IMG/VR virus record: IMGVR_UViG_3300025137_000017
Coordinates: 71,612 to 135,611 of that record
DNA length: 64,000 nt
Source of the DNA: a virus
Strand: one strand, 5' to 3'
This document shows, piece after piece, positions 30,324 through 40,563 of the stretch (within the stretch, counting starts at the first letter, position 1; every line of letters begins with the position of its first letter). The notes under the pieces are model-generated. The model made no database searches, was not told the DNA's origin, and saw nothing but the letters and a program-made list of their open reading frames with translations. Position numbers and translations under genes: made by a program.

Positions 30324-31727
30324 ATGAACACAGAACACAAAGACTATGGATTAGAGGTACAGAAACTATTTGTAGAATTCCTAGCACAGGATCAAGACTT
30401 ATTTGTCCGTGTTAATAACATTATGAGTCCAGAGTATTTTGATAGAACACTTAGAAAGAGTGTTGAGTTTATACAAGAACATGCTAATGAATATGGTGCT
30501 TTGCCTAAACGTGAACAAATAATTGCAACAACAGGATTAGAACTTGCAGGTATCCCTGATGTAGATGATAGACATAAAGAATGGTTTGCAGATGAGTTTG
30601 AAAACTTCTGTAAACAAAAAGCTCTTGAAGGTGCTATCCTAAAGAGTACTGACTTATTGGAAAAGGGTGAGTTTGGTGCTGTCGAGAAACTTGTTAAAGA
30701 TGCAGTACAGGTTGGACTTGCTAAACACATGGGTACTAATTATTGGGAATCGCCTAGTGAACGTATTGAAAGAGTACGACAAGCACGTGGTGGCACAAGC
30801 ACAGGCTGGAAAGCAATAGATCATAAACTATATGGTGGCTTTAACAGAGGTGAACTAAACATATTTGCGGCGGCTAGTGGTGGAGGTAAAAGTTTATTCC
30901 TACAAAATTTAGCATTGAACTGGGCATTAGAAGGACATAATGTTATCTATATTAGTTTAGAGCTTAGTGAAGAACTATGTAGTATGCGTCTTGATAGTAT
31001 GATTACTGGTATGAATACAAAAGAAGTGTTCCGTAATGTTAGTGATGTAGATTTAAAAGTTCGTATGGCAGGTAAGAAAGCTGGAGTACTACAAATTGTA
31101 CAGTTACCCAGTGGTATTACTGTTAATGATCTAAACAGTTATATGAAAGAGTTTGAGGTTAAGAACAACATTAGGATTGATGCAATGTTAGTTGACTATT
31201 TGGATCTAATGATGCCAGCACAACGTAAGGTTCCGCCTAGCGACTTGTTTATTAAGGACAAGTTTGTAAGTGAGGAATTGCGTAACTTTGCTGTCGAGCA
31301 TCAGCTACTGTTCGGAACTGCCTCACAGTTGAATCGTAGTGCAGTTGAAGAAGTAGAGTTTGATCATTCGCATATTAGTGGTGGTTTAAGTAAAATCCAG
31401 ACAGCAGACAATGTTATTGGTATCTTTACTAGTAATGCAATGAGAGAACGTGGTAGATATCAAGTACAGTTTATGAAGACTCGTAGTAGTGCTGGTGTGG
31501 GACAAAAGGTTGATCTAAACTTTGATGTAGAGGGTTTAAGGATTACAGACTTAGATGATGATGAGGCTGATGCAAATCCGGTGAACAATACAAGTGCAAT
31601 ACACGATAAACTTAAAAGACAATCCCAACTAAAAGGACATGATAACAATTTGTCGGAAAATATGGCAGTTGAAAAAGCAGTAGGCAATGTGGATAGGATG
31701 AGAAGTATCCTTAAAAAGCAAGACTAA
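30324..31727 (+). CDS. replicative helicase (gp41/DnaB-like)
   Basis: STGW..ID, AASGGGKS, ISLELSE, VDYLDLM, TASQLNR, MKTRSS. Confidence 0.9.
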   Translation: MNTEHKDYGLEVQKLFVEFLAQDQDLFVRVNNIMSPEYFDRTLRKSVEFIQEHANEYGALPKREQIIATTGLELAGIPDVDDRHKEWFADEFENFCKQKALEGAILKSTDLLEKGEFGAVEKLVKDAVQVGLAKHMGTNYWESPSERIERVRQARGGTSTGWKAIDHKLYGGFNRGELNIFAAASGGGKSLFLQNLALNWALEGHNVIYISLELSEELCSMRLDSMITGMNTKEVFRNVSDVDLKVRMAGKKAGVLQIVQLPSGITVNDLNSYMKEFEVKNNIRIDAMLVDYLDLMMPAQRKVPPSDLFIKDKFVSEELRNFAVEHQLLFGTASQLNRSAVEEVEFDHSHISGGLSKIQTADNVIGIFTSNAMRERGRYQVQFMKTRSSAGVGQKVDLNFDVEGLRITDLDDDEADANPVNNTSAIHDKLKRQSQLKGHDNNLSENMAVEKAVGNVDRMRSILKKQD

Positions 31728-31769
31728 AGTATCATTAATAGCTAAATACACATAGTAAGGAAACTAGTC

Positions 31770-32012
31770 ATGAAAAAACGTACAAGATCATTATTAGAAG
31801 AAATTAATAGTATTGCTCCTAGTAGACACAAAACTAATCTACTCGAGAGTAGAGGTGTTAATGCAATTAGTAGTATCATTCATCTATTGGAAATGATTGA
31901 TCAGCAGTATGATTCAGAAGTAGCTACCGACCTCCATAAACGTGTAATGTTAAGCATTAAGAACAGAGATGCTGATAGGTTTATGCGAGGAATTAAAAAG
32001 ATTAGAGATTAA
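31770..32012 (+). CDS. small conserved late protein
   Basis: TAAATA at 31743, AAGGA SD. Confidence 0.6.
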   Translation: MKKRTRSLLEEINSIAPSRHKTNLLESRGVNAISSIIHLLEMIDQQYDSEVATDLHKRVMLSIKNRDADRFMRGIKKIRD

Positions 32013-32015
32013 AGT

Positions 32016-33218
32016 ATGAAGATAGAAGACATCTTAGCAGGTTCAAAAAAGAGACGTAGCCGTAATAGTAGAATGCAACGTTTAATTCAGCCTGATAACC
32101 TATACCGTGTGGAACCAAAAAAATTATCAGAGGCAGCTCGTATTCAACACGTTGAAGATTTAATTCTTTGGGACGGCAGTGAAGGAGCAAAACGTAGTTT
32201 AATGACTCTGCGTAAAATGGAATCAAGTCCTGGTGATGCAACTATTAAATGGGACGGTTCTCCAGCAGTTATATTTGGGCGTAATGAAGCAGGTGAGTTT
32301 ATACTTACAGATAAAAGTGGCTTCGGTGCTACAACATATAATGGTAGGGTAACAAGTGCAGATCAGTTAGCTAGTATGTTTCTTAATAGAAAACAAAAAC
32401 CAGATGCAACTGCAAAAGATATCCAAGGCAGAAAAGATTTTGCAGAACGTATGAGAAATGTATGGAGTGAATTTGAAAATGCCACTCCTGCAGACTATAG
32501 AGGCTTTGTACATGGTGATCTGTTGTATTATACAACTCCACCAATGGAAAAAGGACGCTTAGTGTTCGCACCTAATACTACAAAGTATAGTGTAGACCCT
32601 AACAGTAGAATTGGACAACAAATTTCAGACTCAACCGCTGGTGTTGTACTACATGCTTATATTGATTTAGATGGTAATACAGGCAAAGTAGATGCAACTA
32701 AGTTTATTAGTAGTGGGTTACTAGTAGTTCCACCAGTAGTAGTTACACACCCTGCACAAATAGATGCGGCGGGATTAGATCAGCTGGAATCATTTGTTAG
32801 TAGTAATTCAAATCAAATTGATGCAATGTTTGACGTTCCAGCAGAATTACAAATGAAGAACTTTAGTAATATGCTATATGATTATATTAACAATCAAACA
32901 AAAGCAGGCACACTAGATGGCTTAGGCGGAAACTTTATACAATGGGTAGAAGGTAATGCAAAAATTAGTGCTAAGAAGAAGAGCAGATTGTTGGAGTACA
33001 TACAACAACATGAAAAGGCTTTCCTAGCAGTATTCAAAATTATTAGTGATGTTATGAAAGTAAAGAATGATATTATTGATCAACTAGATCAACAACCAGC
33101 AGACATTACAGCAACAACTGATGGAAGAGCTGGTGGTGAAGGTTATGTAGTGGGCGGCGATGTTAAATTAGTTAATCGTAAAAACTTCTCACAAGCAAAT
33201 ATGGCGAGGACCCGTTAA
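32016..33218 (+). CDS. ATP-dependent ligase/nucleotidyltransferase-like protein (DUF6267-like)
   Basis: HVEDL, TIKWDGSP (KxDG), GDLLY, GEGYV, VKLVNR..FS.AN. Confidence 0.6.
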   Translation: MKIEDILAGSKKRRSRNSRMQRLIQPDNLYRVEPKKLSEAARIQHVEDLILWDGSEGAKRSLMTLRKMESSPGDATIKWDGSPAVIFGRNEAGEFILTDKSGFGATTYNGRVTSADQLASMFLNRKQKPDATAKDIQGRKDFAERMRNVWSEFENATPADYRGFVHGDLLYYTTPPMEKGRLVFAPNTTKYSVDPNSRIGQQISDSTAGVVLHAYIDLDGNTGKVDATKFISSGLLVVPPVVVTHPAQIDAAGLDQLESFVSSNSNQIDAMFDVPAELQMKNFSNMLYDYINNQTKAGTLDGLGGNFIQWVEGNAKISAKKKSRLLEYIQQHEKAFLAVFKIISDVMKVKNDIIDQLDQQPADITATTDGRAGGEGYVVGGDVKLVNRKNFSQANMARTR

Positions 33219-33964
33219 TGCAAAAGAAATATACACCAATGGAATGGAGTTTAATGGAAGGTGGACATAGTTTACCTGAGAAAGAACAAACATTCATTCA
33301 ATCACTTGGCGAAGCTCGTATGTTTCGTGGTAGAGACCAGATAGCTGGTCAAGGTGCTAGAAGTGTTAGCGATCATACATTTGTAAGTCTAATGAGCTTA
33401 TATGCTATGAGTCAAGACTATGACTATGCTCCTGTAGCCAAAGAGTATGCAAAAAGAACTCGTGCATTAGGTAATTTTAATAACCCAAGTCCAGGTGGTA
33501 CTGATTTGTACCAAACAATATACAGTCTACAACGTCCAAACTTAATGCCAGGTGATAAGAGTCAACTATTAATGAATAAGGTAAATGTAGACACGCCAAG
33601 AATTAAAAGATTCCTAGATAAGATTAGAAATGGTACTGCTTCTAATTCAGATGCACAGCAGTTCTTCTTTAAACTTGAAAGAGATCTCAAGATACAAGAT
33701 CCAAAGCTAAAAGCGGCTAGACGTCTAGTACAAAATTGGGATAACCTAGGAACACAACAAAGACAGTTAGTCGGATCACAACTTATGAGATACTATACAT
33801 TGTCTGCTAGACGAAGTGATCTAATGCCATTGTTTGCCAAGTATTCAAAAGATGCTAACCTAAACTTAGATAAAGAAGAAAAGAAATCTATTGCACAAAG
33901 AGTGGCAAGGGGTGCAGGACTATTTGCAGCCGGCTATGCATTGAGCAAAATAGCTAAAGGCTAA
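33218..33964 (+). CDS. hypothetical late/head protein
   Basis: Coupled ORF; FIQSLGE/ARMF putative cleavage site. Confidence 0.55.
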   Translation: MQKKYTPMEWSLMEGGHSLPEKEQTFIQSLGEARMFRGRDQIAGQGARSVSDHTFVSLMSLYAMSQDYDYAPVAKEYAKRTRALGNFNNPSPGGTDLYQTIYSLQRPNLMPGDKSQLLMNKVNVDTPRIKRFLDKIRNGTASNSDAQQFFFKLERDLKIQDPKLKAARRLVQNWDNLGTQQRQLVGSQLMRYYTLSARRSDLMPLFAKYSKDANLNLDKEEKKSIAQRVARGAGLFAAGYALSKIAKG

Positions 33965-33965
33965 T

Positions 33966-34436
33966 ATGACACAAAAGATTCACGGTACTAGACGACCCGG
34001 AGAAGTACTTTCCGGTGATATTAATTTTCTAATTGCATACACTATAGTAGACATAACTGATTCTGGCGACAGTAATCCCAAAGGTAATAGTAAAACTTAC
34101 CGACAATCCCAAAACACAAATACCTTAATACAAGTTCTAAGTATGAGAACACAGTTAGTATTATCAAGTATTACTAAATTAGAAACACAGGACCTAGCTG
34201 ATTACGACTTTGGTAGTGATTATACAGGTACAGGTACAGTCTGGCAACTAAAATTTGCTAGTGAACATGATGCAGTATGGCAACGTGAGGGTAATCCTGT
34301 ATACTGGGCAACCAATGACTGTAATGGTGTTCCTGTTAACAATAGTTTAGACGAAACACATAATACGATTGATTACTTTGAGACAGCAGATGCACAAAGT
34401 AAAAATTTGTACTTTACTTCCAGTACTTTTTTATAA
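33966..34436 (+). CDS. virion structural protein (hypothetical)
   Basis: TIVDIT..., QSQNTNTLIQVLSMRTQ; late operon. Confidence 0.5.
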   Translation: MTQKIHGTRRPGEVLSGDINFLIAYTIVDITDSGDSNPKGNSKTYRQSQNTNTLIQVLSMRTQLVLSSITKLETQDLADYDFGSDYTGTGTVWQLKFASEHDAVWQREGNPVYWATNDCNGVPVNNSLDETHNTIDYFETADAQSKNLYFTSSTFL

Positions 34437-34508
34437 ATACATATAACGTACAAGAAGTACTTAATTTGAAAATCAGCTCTTTAAGAGACTAGATTGCGGA
34501 ATTAAACT

Positions 34509-34781
34509 ATGGCAATGCAACAGTCAAGACTAGAGCGTGAAAATCTCGAGGCCCATGTAGATTTATGTGCAGAGAGATACCGCGTAATGGAAGAAAAATT
34601 AGACAACTTAGACAAAAGATTTGATCGCCTAGAAGAGGCATTGAATAAGATAAGTGAAAAACAAGCGTCAGACAAAGCAGGTGGTAATAAACTTATTATT
34701 GGTGCGGCGGCAACAGTTATTGCAGGATTGTTATCAACAGTAGTTTTATTATTGTTGAATCTTCCGGGATTGGGTGGTTAA
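34509..34781 (+). CDS. coiled-coil + C-terminal TM protein (holin/XhlA-like)
   Basis: LEAHVDLCAERY coiled coil and hydrophobic IIGAAATVIAGLLSTVVLLL; TATAAATA at 34432. Confidence 0.55.
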   Translation: MAMQQSRLERENLEAHVDLCAERYRVMEEKLDNLDKRFDRLEEALNKISEKQASDKAGGNKLIIGAAATVIAGLLSTVVLLLLNLPGLGG

Positions 34782-35069
34782 ATGTTTTTCAATGAGGCTT
34801 ACAATACTGTAGTTAGTGAAGCAAAACTTGTCTTTGCAAAACGAGGTAATTCAGTCGTTAAGAAATTTCGTTGTACAGTAGGTAAACGTAAAGGAAGAGT
34901 TGTAAGCTCTCCAGCACAATGTAGTGCTCCTATAGATTTAAAGAAGAGATTTACTCTTAAGAAAACAAAAGCTAGTAAGGGTGCTAGAATGACAAAGAAA
35001 GCACAAAGAACAAAACGTATTAATCCTGCTAGTAAGATTGTAAAGCAACTTAATAAGGCAAGAAGATAA
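34782..35069 (+). CDS. small basic head-associated protein
   Basis: VVSE/A site, then K/R-rich RCTVGKRKGRVV..PAQC. Confidence 0.6.
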   Translation: MFFNEAYNTVVSEAKLVFAKRGNSVVKKFRCTVGKRKGRVVSSPAQCSAPIDLKKRFTLKKTKASKGARMTKKAQRTKRINPASKIVKQLNKARR

Positions 35070-35218
35070 TGGAACAAAAAGTAACAGAAGGTGATGTTCA
35101 AGCAGGTATAGAATTTATATATCATATGCGAGAACATATAGTAGATGTAGGCATAGCAACAGTCTACCTATTCGTATGTTATGGATTGTATCTATATTTA
35201 AAAAAGGTGATAAAGTAA
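35069..35218 (+). CDS. 49-aa membrane protein (not in ORF track)
   Basis: MEQKVTEGDVQAGIEFIYHMREHIVDVGIATVYLFVCYGLYLYLKKVIK; TAATG-coupled at both ends. Confidence 0.6.
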   Translation: MEQKVTEGDVQAGIEFIYHMREHIVDVGIATVYLFVCYGLYLYLKKVIK

Positions 35219-35979
35219 TGGATGTAAAAGGCAACAGTATTATTGATACAGTAATTGAATATGCTAATGTAAAGTTTGGAGTTGAACTGGACATGGAAGA
35301 AGTTAGTAAACAACTTAAGAACATGAACTATCGTAACACATTAAACCTAGTAGATGCAATTAAATCAGAGAATGATGAAATGTTTAGTAATAACATAGAT
35401 ATGAGTGTAACAAATGAATCAGCCGTTGATGACGACAGTCTAAAAGGTTTCGATCCTAAGACACAATATGCTATTAAGAGACTACAAGCCAAATATCCAC
35501 ACAGTGAAGACTTAATAAGTGCTCTACTTGCCGATGTAGAAAAGAATGAATTAGATGGTGATACGGCAGACGAACAGAATAAAAAACATTTACATGATTT
35601 AGAGAAAAGATTAGTTGATGTAATTAAAAAGAACCAATTGAAAGAAGTAGATATTGAAGAAGCTGGTTATGGAACTGGTGGAGCACAAAGTAACGCCAGT
35701 ATACAAAACGCCAATAAGAAAAGTAACGTAGCAAATCGTAGAGCAAACAATATGAATCAAGATCAGGTAAGAGCTGGTACAAACAAAACTGGCGGAACAA
35801 TACCAGGTGGAAATAAACAACCTACAGGTACTGGCGGCGGACAAGGCGGAGCCGGTGTTGCTGATCCTGATGATATTGAAAGAGCTGACAACCAAGCAAA
35901 TATTGATAGTAATTCACAACGATTACAGAATCAAGACGCAGAGATACAAAGACTTAAATCCTTAGCAGGTGTAAAATAA
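35218..35979 (+). CDS. head/core-like protein
   Basis: Start MDVKGNS; VTNE/S and IEE/A sites; ends EIQRLKSLAGVK. Confidence 0.55.
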   Translation: MDVKGNSIIDTVIEYANVKFGVELDMEEVSKQLKNMNYRNTLNLVDAIKSENDEMFSNNIDMSVTNESAVDDDSLKGFDPKTQYAIKRLQAKYPHSEDLISALLADVEKNELDGDTADEQNKKHLHDLEKRLVDVIKKNQLKEVDIEEAGYGTGGAQSNASIQNANKKSNVANRRANNMNQDQVRAGTNKTGGTIPGGNKQPTGTGGGQGGAGVADPDDIERADNQANIDSNSQRLQNQDAEIQRLKSLAGVK

Positions 35980-35980
35980 A

Positions 35981-36190
35981 ATGAAAATGGTAGAGAGCCC
36001 TGGTGGCATCAATATTATAATCAGTAATTTAGAAAACAAGGTACTGGAATGTATGACTGAAGAAGTATGCAAAGCAGACCTAAGTGAAAGAGATCAAGAC
36101 GTTGCACAATCCCTAGTAAACAAAGGTGTGGCAATGAAAGTACGTCGTGAAGGTAAAACCTATTTTAGTAAAGCCAGAGGAAGTTTATAA
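35981..36190 (+). CDS. small hypothetical protein (winged-helix-like)
   Basis: LSERDQDVAQSLVNKGV pattern. Confidence 0.5.
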   Translation: MKMVESPGGINIIISNLENKVLECMTEEVCKADLSERDQDVAQSLVNKGVAMKVRREGKTYFSKARGSL

Positions 36191-36795
36191 TGTCAATAGA
36201 ATCACGAGAGATGAAAGCCATCTTACAAAAATTGCAGGACGCTGAAAACGGCCAACCTGCCAAACTATCTGAATCAGCTTCAGAAGTAAAGGCACACGTT
36301 ACATCAAATCCCAACAGTCAAGAGATGTTTAATATCCTTAAAAAATTAGAAGATGCCACAACCAATGTAGCAAAAACAATTAATGAAGATAGAAACACAG
36401 ACGAAATAACAGCAGTAGGGATTGCTAATAGAAATAATAATATCACAATGGGTGGATACAACGTTATAATGGAAAAACGCCATTTAGTTGAAAACTTTCA
36501 GAAAACATTTTACGATATTAGTGATGCTGACGGCAATATTCTTTATAGAGATATTAGTTTATTTGAAACAGCAATGTCGATTCTTAAAAACTTAGTAACA
36601 GAAAATACAAATAAAATTAAAAAGATTGTAGATTTGGATTCCAGATATAATAGTTACTTAACTGAAGCGGCAACACACAAGCATCGTGGTAAAATGATTA
36701 AAGAATCTTATAAGAAAGATGTTTATTCTGCAAAGCAAAGTGCGGCAATGAGCAAGGCTAGTGGTATTAAGAAACAGATTAAGTCCTTAATTTAA
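36190..36795 (+). CDS. hypothetical late protein
   Basis: Coupled ORF, repeated EMxxILxKLxDA helices. Confidence 0.55.
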   Translation: MSIESREMKAILQKLQDAENGQPAKLSESASEVKAHVTSNPNSQEMFNILKKLEDATTNVAKTINEDRNTDEITAVGIANRNNNITMGGYNVIMEKRHLVENFQKTFYDISDADGNILYRDISLFETAMSILKNLVTENTNKIKKIVDLDSRYNSYLTEAATHKHRGKMIKESYKKDVYSAKQSAAMSKASGIKKQIKSLI

Positions 36796-36854
36796 TCTGC
36801 AATTAAATTCACAAAAGCATAAATACATTATATACAATTAAAGCGAGGTATACC

Positions 36855-37655
36855 ATGATTTTAAACGATTTACAAGAAAAAAAGTTTGCAAAACTTCACC
36901 GTACGCTAACAGAGGTTTTCAATATTGATTTCAATTTTGAAATGCCACTTGAGAAGATTGAAAAGGTAGCAAAAGTTACTGAATCAAGACTTGAGGAACT
37001 GCGTAGCAATGGTGCAGATGCATCTAATAAAAACTTCCAAAAACTTATGCTAATTGCAGAGGGATTGAAGCTAGTAGTTACTGAAGTAGCACCAGCTAGA
37101 CAAGACAAAAAGATTAAGATTAAAGAATCAGCAGATTTAGATCAAGCAGAAGTATTACTGGCGGCAAAGCAAGTAGCTGATGATCTACAAAAAATGGCTG
37201 AGAACTTAGCAAGTATGCAAGTTGAAGACCTAATGTCAATTACTAATGCAATGAAGGAAGAAATCGGACTTGCAGAAGCAGAAGCCTTTAATATGGCGGC
37301 TGAGGCAGCAATTGGTGGAGCTCTAGAAGCAGTTAAATCAGCAAATGATGGTGTTAACAATGCTCTTATGGTTGCACAAGGCCAAGCACCAGCAGACGAT
37401 ATGGCAATGGACATGGGTATGGATCCAGAAGCTCCAGCAGAAGACCCAATGCCAGACATGGAAGCACCAGAAATGGACGCACCAGAAGATGAGTTTGGTG
37501 GAGCCGATGCTGCTGACGCAATGGCAGATGACACTGGTCGTGAAATGAAAGAAGATGCATATTTAAAAGCATTGAAACTTGTTAAAGAAGCACAAGCTGA
37601 CGGCAAGGTTAGTAAGGAAGTTCTTAAACAAGCATTCGCAGTAATGAGAAAGTAA
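36855..37655 (+). CDS. prohead scaffold/core-like protein
   Basis: TAAATA 36820; IKE/S site, helical A/E/M-rich, acidic Pro-rich linker, GREMKE/D. Confidence 0.55.
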   Translation: MILNDLQEKKFAKLHRTLTEVFNIDFNFEMPLEKIEKVAKVTESRLEELRSNGADASNKNFQKLMLIAEGLKLVVTEVAPARQDKKIKIKESADLDQAEVLLAAKQVADDLQKMAENLASMQVEDLMSITNAMKEEIGLAEAEAFNMAAEAAIGGALEAVKSANDGVNNALMVAQGQAPADDMAMDMGMDPEAPAEDPMPDMEAPEMDAPEDEFGGADAADAMADDTGREMKEDAYLKALKLVKEAQADGKVSKEVLKQAFAVMRK

Positions 37656-37656
37656 T

Positions 37657-37989
37657 ATGCGACTAGCGGATCTTATCAGGGAAAATGCAACAAGTAAAGA
37701 TGCAGTACTGGATCTCTTAACGGCTATGGCTGGTGAGGGATTGGATAGTATTCCTCTTGAAACACTTTCAGATGAATTATCCCATCAGGGAATTGATTTA
37801 GATGAAAATGCCCTTTTTGATTTATTAGGTAGTCTCGCAATTGTAAGGAACATCAAAGACGGTGTTGCCTTTTTCAATACTGATAGTGATCAGAGTCATA
37901 ATGCAACTGATCTACCGGATCCAGGAGTACAGAAGAACCAAGTTAAGAAACTTGCTAAGAAACAAGTAGACAAAGAGATGAAAAAATGA
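37657..37989 (+). CDS. hypothetical head-associated protein
   Basis: MRLADLIRE/N N-terminus. Confidence 0.55.
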   Translation: MRLADLIRENATSKDAVLDLLTAMAGEGLDSIPLETLSDELSHQGIDLDENALFDLLGSLAIVRNIKDGVAFFNTDSDQSHNATDLPDPGVQKNQVKKLAKKQVDKEMKK

Positions 37990-38606
37990 GTGTAGGATTA
38001 AACGCATCACAGGCAAGATCAAAGAGTCGTGAAGACATTACAATCTATAATGAGGTTTCGACTATCATGTTAGCAGTAATTACGGCAAGTGCCGCAGGTG
38101 AATTCGTTGCTTACATAGACGATAAAACAACAATGACAGAATCCTCACCAACTGAAGTAGTAACAGGATCAATAGCAAACCCTACTATTAGTGTTAGTGA
38201 TTCAATTATACTCGGATCAACTACTGTAGTACTTGGAACAACAGGTACTAGTTTAAACGCCGTTATTGCTGATATTAATGATGCAGGAATAACTGGTGTT
38301 GTAGCAAGTAAAAATGCGTCTAACAATCTAGTACTAACGTTTACTGGACAACCTAGTGTAACATGGACTTATGAGATTGGAGCAGGAACGGCAAATACAG
38401 CTCTTGGATTAACAACAGGTGTTGCAAATATTACTACTCCAACAAGCGTAAATTACTTTCAAACTTGGCAAGGCACAAGAACAAATAGAGGCGAAAGTCA
38501 ACAGATGGATCAAGTAATTAAACACTTCCAAAACATGGGTTTTAAGATTGAACGTACTACTAATACAACCTCACAAAACACATATCAGTGGAATCTTTAC
38601 TGGTAA
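37986..38606 (+). CDS. virion structural protein
   Basis: T/G/S-rich beta protein; VIADINDAGITGVVAS domain. Confidence 0.55.
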   Translation: MSVGLNASQARSKSREDITIYNEVSTIMLAVITASAAGEFVAYIDDKTTMTESSPTEVVTGSIANPTISVSDSIILGSTTVVLGTTGTSLNAVIADINDAGITGVVASKNASNNLVLTFTGQPSVTWTYEIGAGTANTALGLTTGVANITTPTSVNYFQTWQGTRTNRGESQQMDQVIKHFQNMGFKIERTTNTTSQNTYQWNLYW

Positions 38607-38655
38607 TTTCAAAATAACTCTTGACAACAACAACTAAAGGCTATACTATATGAGT

Positions 38656-39342
38656 ATGGTAAAAATAAAATCTCCCTACGATTATAAAGAGCTACAACGT
38701 ACAGAAGTGGACGGCAAACGTCTATATATAAATCCTTATGGAGATCCTGTACCAAGTGTCACAACAATATTAAGTGCTACACAACCTGCTGAAAAACGAA
38801 AAGCCCTAGCGAATTGGCGTAAACGTGTTGGTACAACTGAAGCACAACGTATTACTACAACTGCCGCTAATCGTGGAACAGTTATGCACAATATATTAGA
38901 ACATTGGGCATTAGGTAAATACGAAACATATAACCCTGGTAACAATATTGTACATCAACAAGCAAAAGCAATGGCACAAGTTGTAGTTGAAAATATTGAA
39001 AATGATGTTGAAGAAATATGGGGAACAGAAGTAAATTTAGTAGCAAAAGAACTATATGCTGGTACTACTGACTTGGTTGGTATGTATAAAGGTAAGCCTA
39101 CTATCATGGACTTTAAACAAACTAACAAGCCTAAGAAGCGTGAATGGATTGATGATTACTTCCTCCAAGGCGCCGCTTATGCCAATGCACACAACGAGAT
39201 GTTCAATACTACTATAGAAAACATAGCAATTTTTATGTGTAGTGGTGATTGCCAGTGGCAATTATTTGAAGCAAATGCTGAAGAATTTAAGATATGGGAA
39301 CTAAAATGGGCTCAACGTTTACAACAGTTCTATGGTATTTGA
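38656..39342 (+). CDS. PD-(D/E)XK exonuclease
   Basis: VPSVTTIL, RGTVMH..LE, YAGTTD, IMDFKQ, YFLQGAAY; leaderless from TTGACA(38621)-TACTAT(38644). Confidence 0.85.
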   Translation: MVKIKSPYDYKELQRTEVDGKRLYINPYGDPVPSVTTILSATQPAEKRKALANWRKRVGTTEAQRITTTAANRGTVMHNILEHWALGKYETYNPGNNIVHQQAKAMAQVVVENIENDVEEIWGTEVNLVAKELYAGTTDLVGMYKGKPTIMDFKQTNKPKKREWIDDYFLQGAAYANAHNEMFNTTIENIAIFMCSGDCQWQLFEANAEEFKIWELKWAQRLQQFYGI

Positions 39343-39372
39343 TGCTAAATACATTATACGGAGAATAAACAA

Positions 39373-40056
39373 ATGGCAGATACTATAGCAAAAATTCAAT
39401 TGAGGAAAGGCGTACTCGCTGATCTTCCTATCTTAGATAGTGGTGAAATGGGATATGCAACTGATGCCCAACGACTATTCATTGGTAACGAAACAATTAC
39501 ACGAACAGGCGATGGAACAACAACCGATTTTGACTTTGGTATAGACTTTGATCCATTAGTAGCTTATGCAGTCACAGAAAACGGCTCAGCAATTAATCCA
39601 GCATCAATTACTAAATTGGGTGATGCCACAACAGTTAGGATTACACCTGCTCCAGCAAATTCTAGTGCCGTTGTATTATCATATAATACAGAAGTATATA
39701 CACTAAGTCCAGATGTTGGACTAGATATTCCACTAAGCAGTACGTTAACTAATCAAGCATCGGCAGTCACTGCCGGTATTACTATTGATCCGACACGTTA
39801 TGATAGTGTAAATATTGAATATACATTAAAGCACACGACTCATATTAGAAAAGGTATAATTAGAATTGGTATAGCCGGAGTATCCGGTAATGTTACAATT
39901 AATGACGAACATACATCTAGTACAACTACTCTACTTGATCATACATTCTCTGGTGCTTGGTCGGGTTCTCCGGCCGTGTGGACCTTACAATATACAGCAA
40001 CAGATACAACTGCAACAACATTTAGTTATGTAACTAAGAACTGGAAGTCAGTATAA
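39373..40056 (+). CDS. tail fibre/virion protein with Mtd-N-like domain
   Basis: KIQLRKG...LDSGEMGYATDAQRLFIGN; TAAATA 39346. Confidence 0.6.
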   Translation: MADTIAKIQLRKGVLADLPILDSGEMGYATDAQRLFIGNETITRTGDGTTTDFDFGIDFDPLVAYAVTENGSAINPASITKLGDATTVRITPAPANSSAVVLSYNTEVYTLSPDVGLDIPLSSTLTNQASAVTAGITIDPTRYDSVNIEYTLKHTTHIRKGIIRIGIAGVSGNVTINDEHTSSTTTLLDHTFSGAWSGSPAVWTLQYTATDTTATTFSYVTKNWKSV

Positions 40057-40062
40057 ACTAAA

Positions 40063-40506
40063 ATGACAAAGAATATCTGGATGTTATCTCCAGATGACCG
40101 ACTACGTGAGTGGAGGTCGTTTAGGAAGCAAGTTAGTGCCTTAGGTACTGAACAACAATTAGAATCTGTAATCGCCTGGTGGAAGATGGCACCATTAGGT
40201 ACAAGGGTTATAGATATCTATAATTCAAATGATTGGCCTGATCCTTGGGAATTGATACACAAGGGTGAGTTCGACGAAAATGCCATTGCACTAGGTATGG
40301 CTTACTCTATTCAGTTATTAGAGAAGCAGACTGAACTGTGTTTACTACAAGATAGAATAGATCATTTCCTAGGATTGATTGTTTTAGTTGACAAGACGCA
40401 TATACTAAACTATACTTATGGTATAGTAGAAGAAGCAACTAAAGTTCTAGATAATAGTGAAATAGTACAGAAATGGAACGTAGAAGATTTAATAAAGCAC
40501 AAGTAA
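40063..40506 (+). CDS. conserved hypothetical protein
   Basis: RLREWRSFR, WPDPWELI, IALGMAYSI. Confidence 0.6.
   Translation: MTKNIWMLSPDDRLREWRSFRKQVSALGTEQQLESVIAWWKMAPLGTRVIDIYNSNDWPDPWELIHKGEFDENAIALGMAYSIQLLEKQTELCLLQDRIDHFLGLIVLVDKTHILNYTYGIVEEATKVLDNSEIVQKWNVEDLIKHK
40388..40416 (+). promoter_or_regulatory. internal sigma70-type promoter upstream of nrdA
   Basis: TTGACA-N17-TATACT inside preceding CDS; a late TAAATA also at 40525. Confidence 0.6.
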
Positions 40507-40563
40507 ACTTCCCCCATCTAGTATTAAATAGAAGACGTTAAAAAACATAATAGGTAAAATAAC

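Noticed and set aside
38656-39342. Cas4/CRISPR system
   Set aside because: No Fe-S cysteine set and no repeat-spacer array seen anywhere in the window; ordinary phage exonuclease
40511-40526. NrdR box upstream of nrdA (and CACTATATAGTG at 4922)
   Set aside because: Only partial match to the 16-bp consensus, single copies; the 4922 palindrome is in coding sequence
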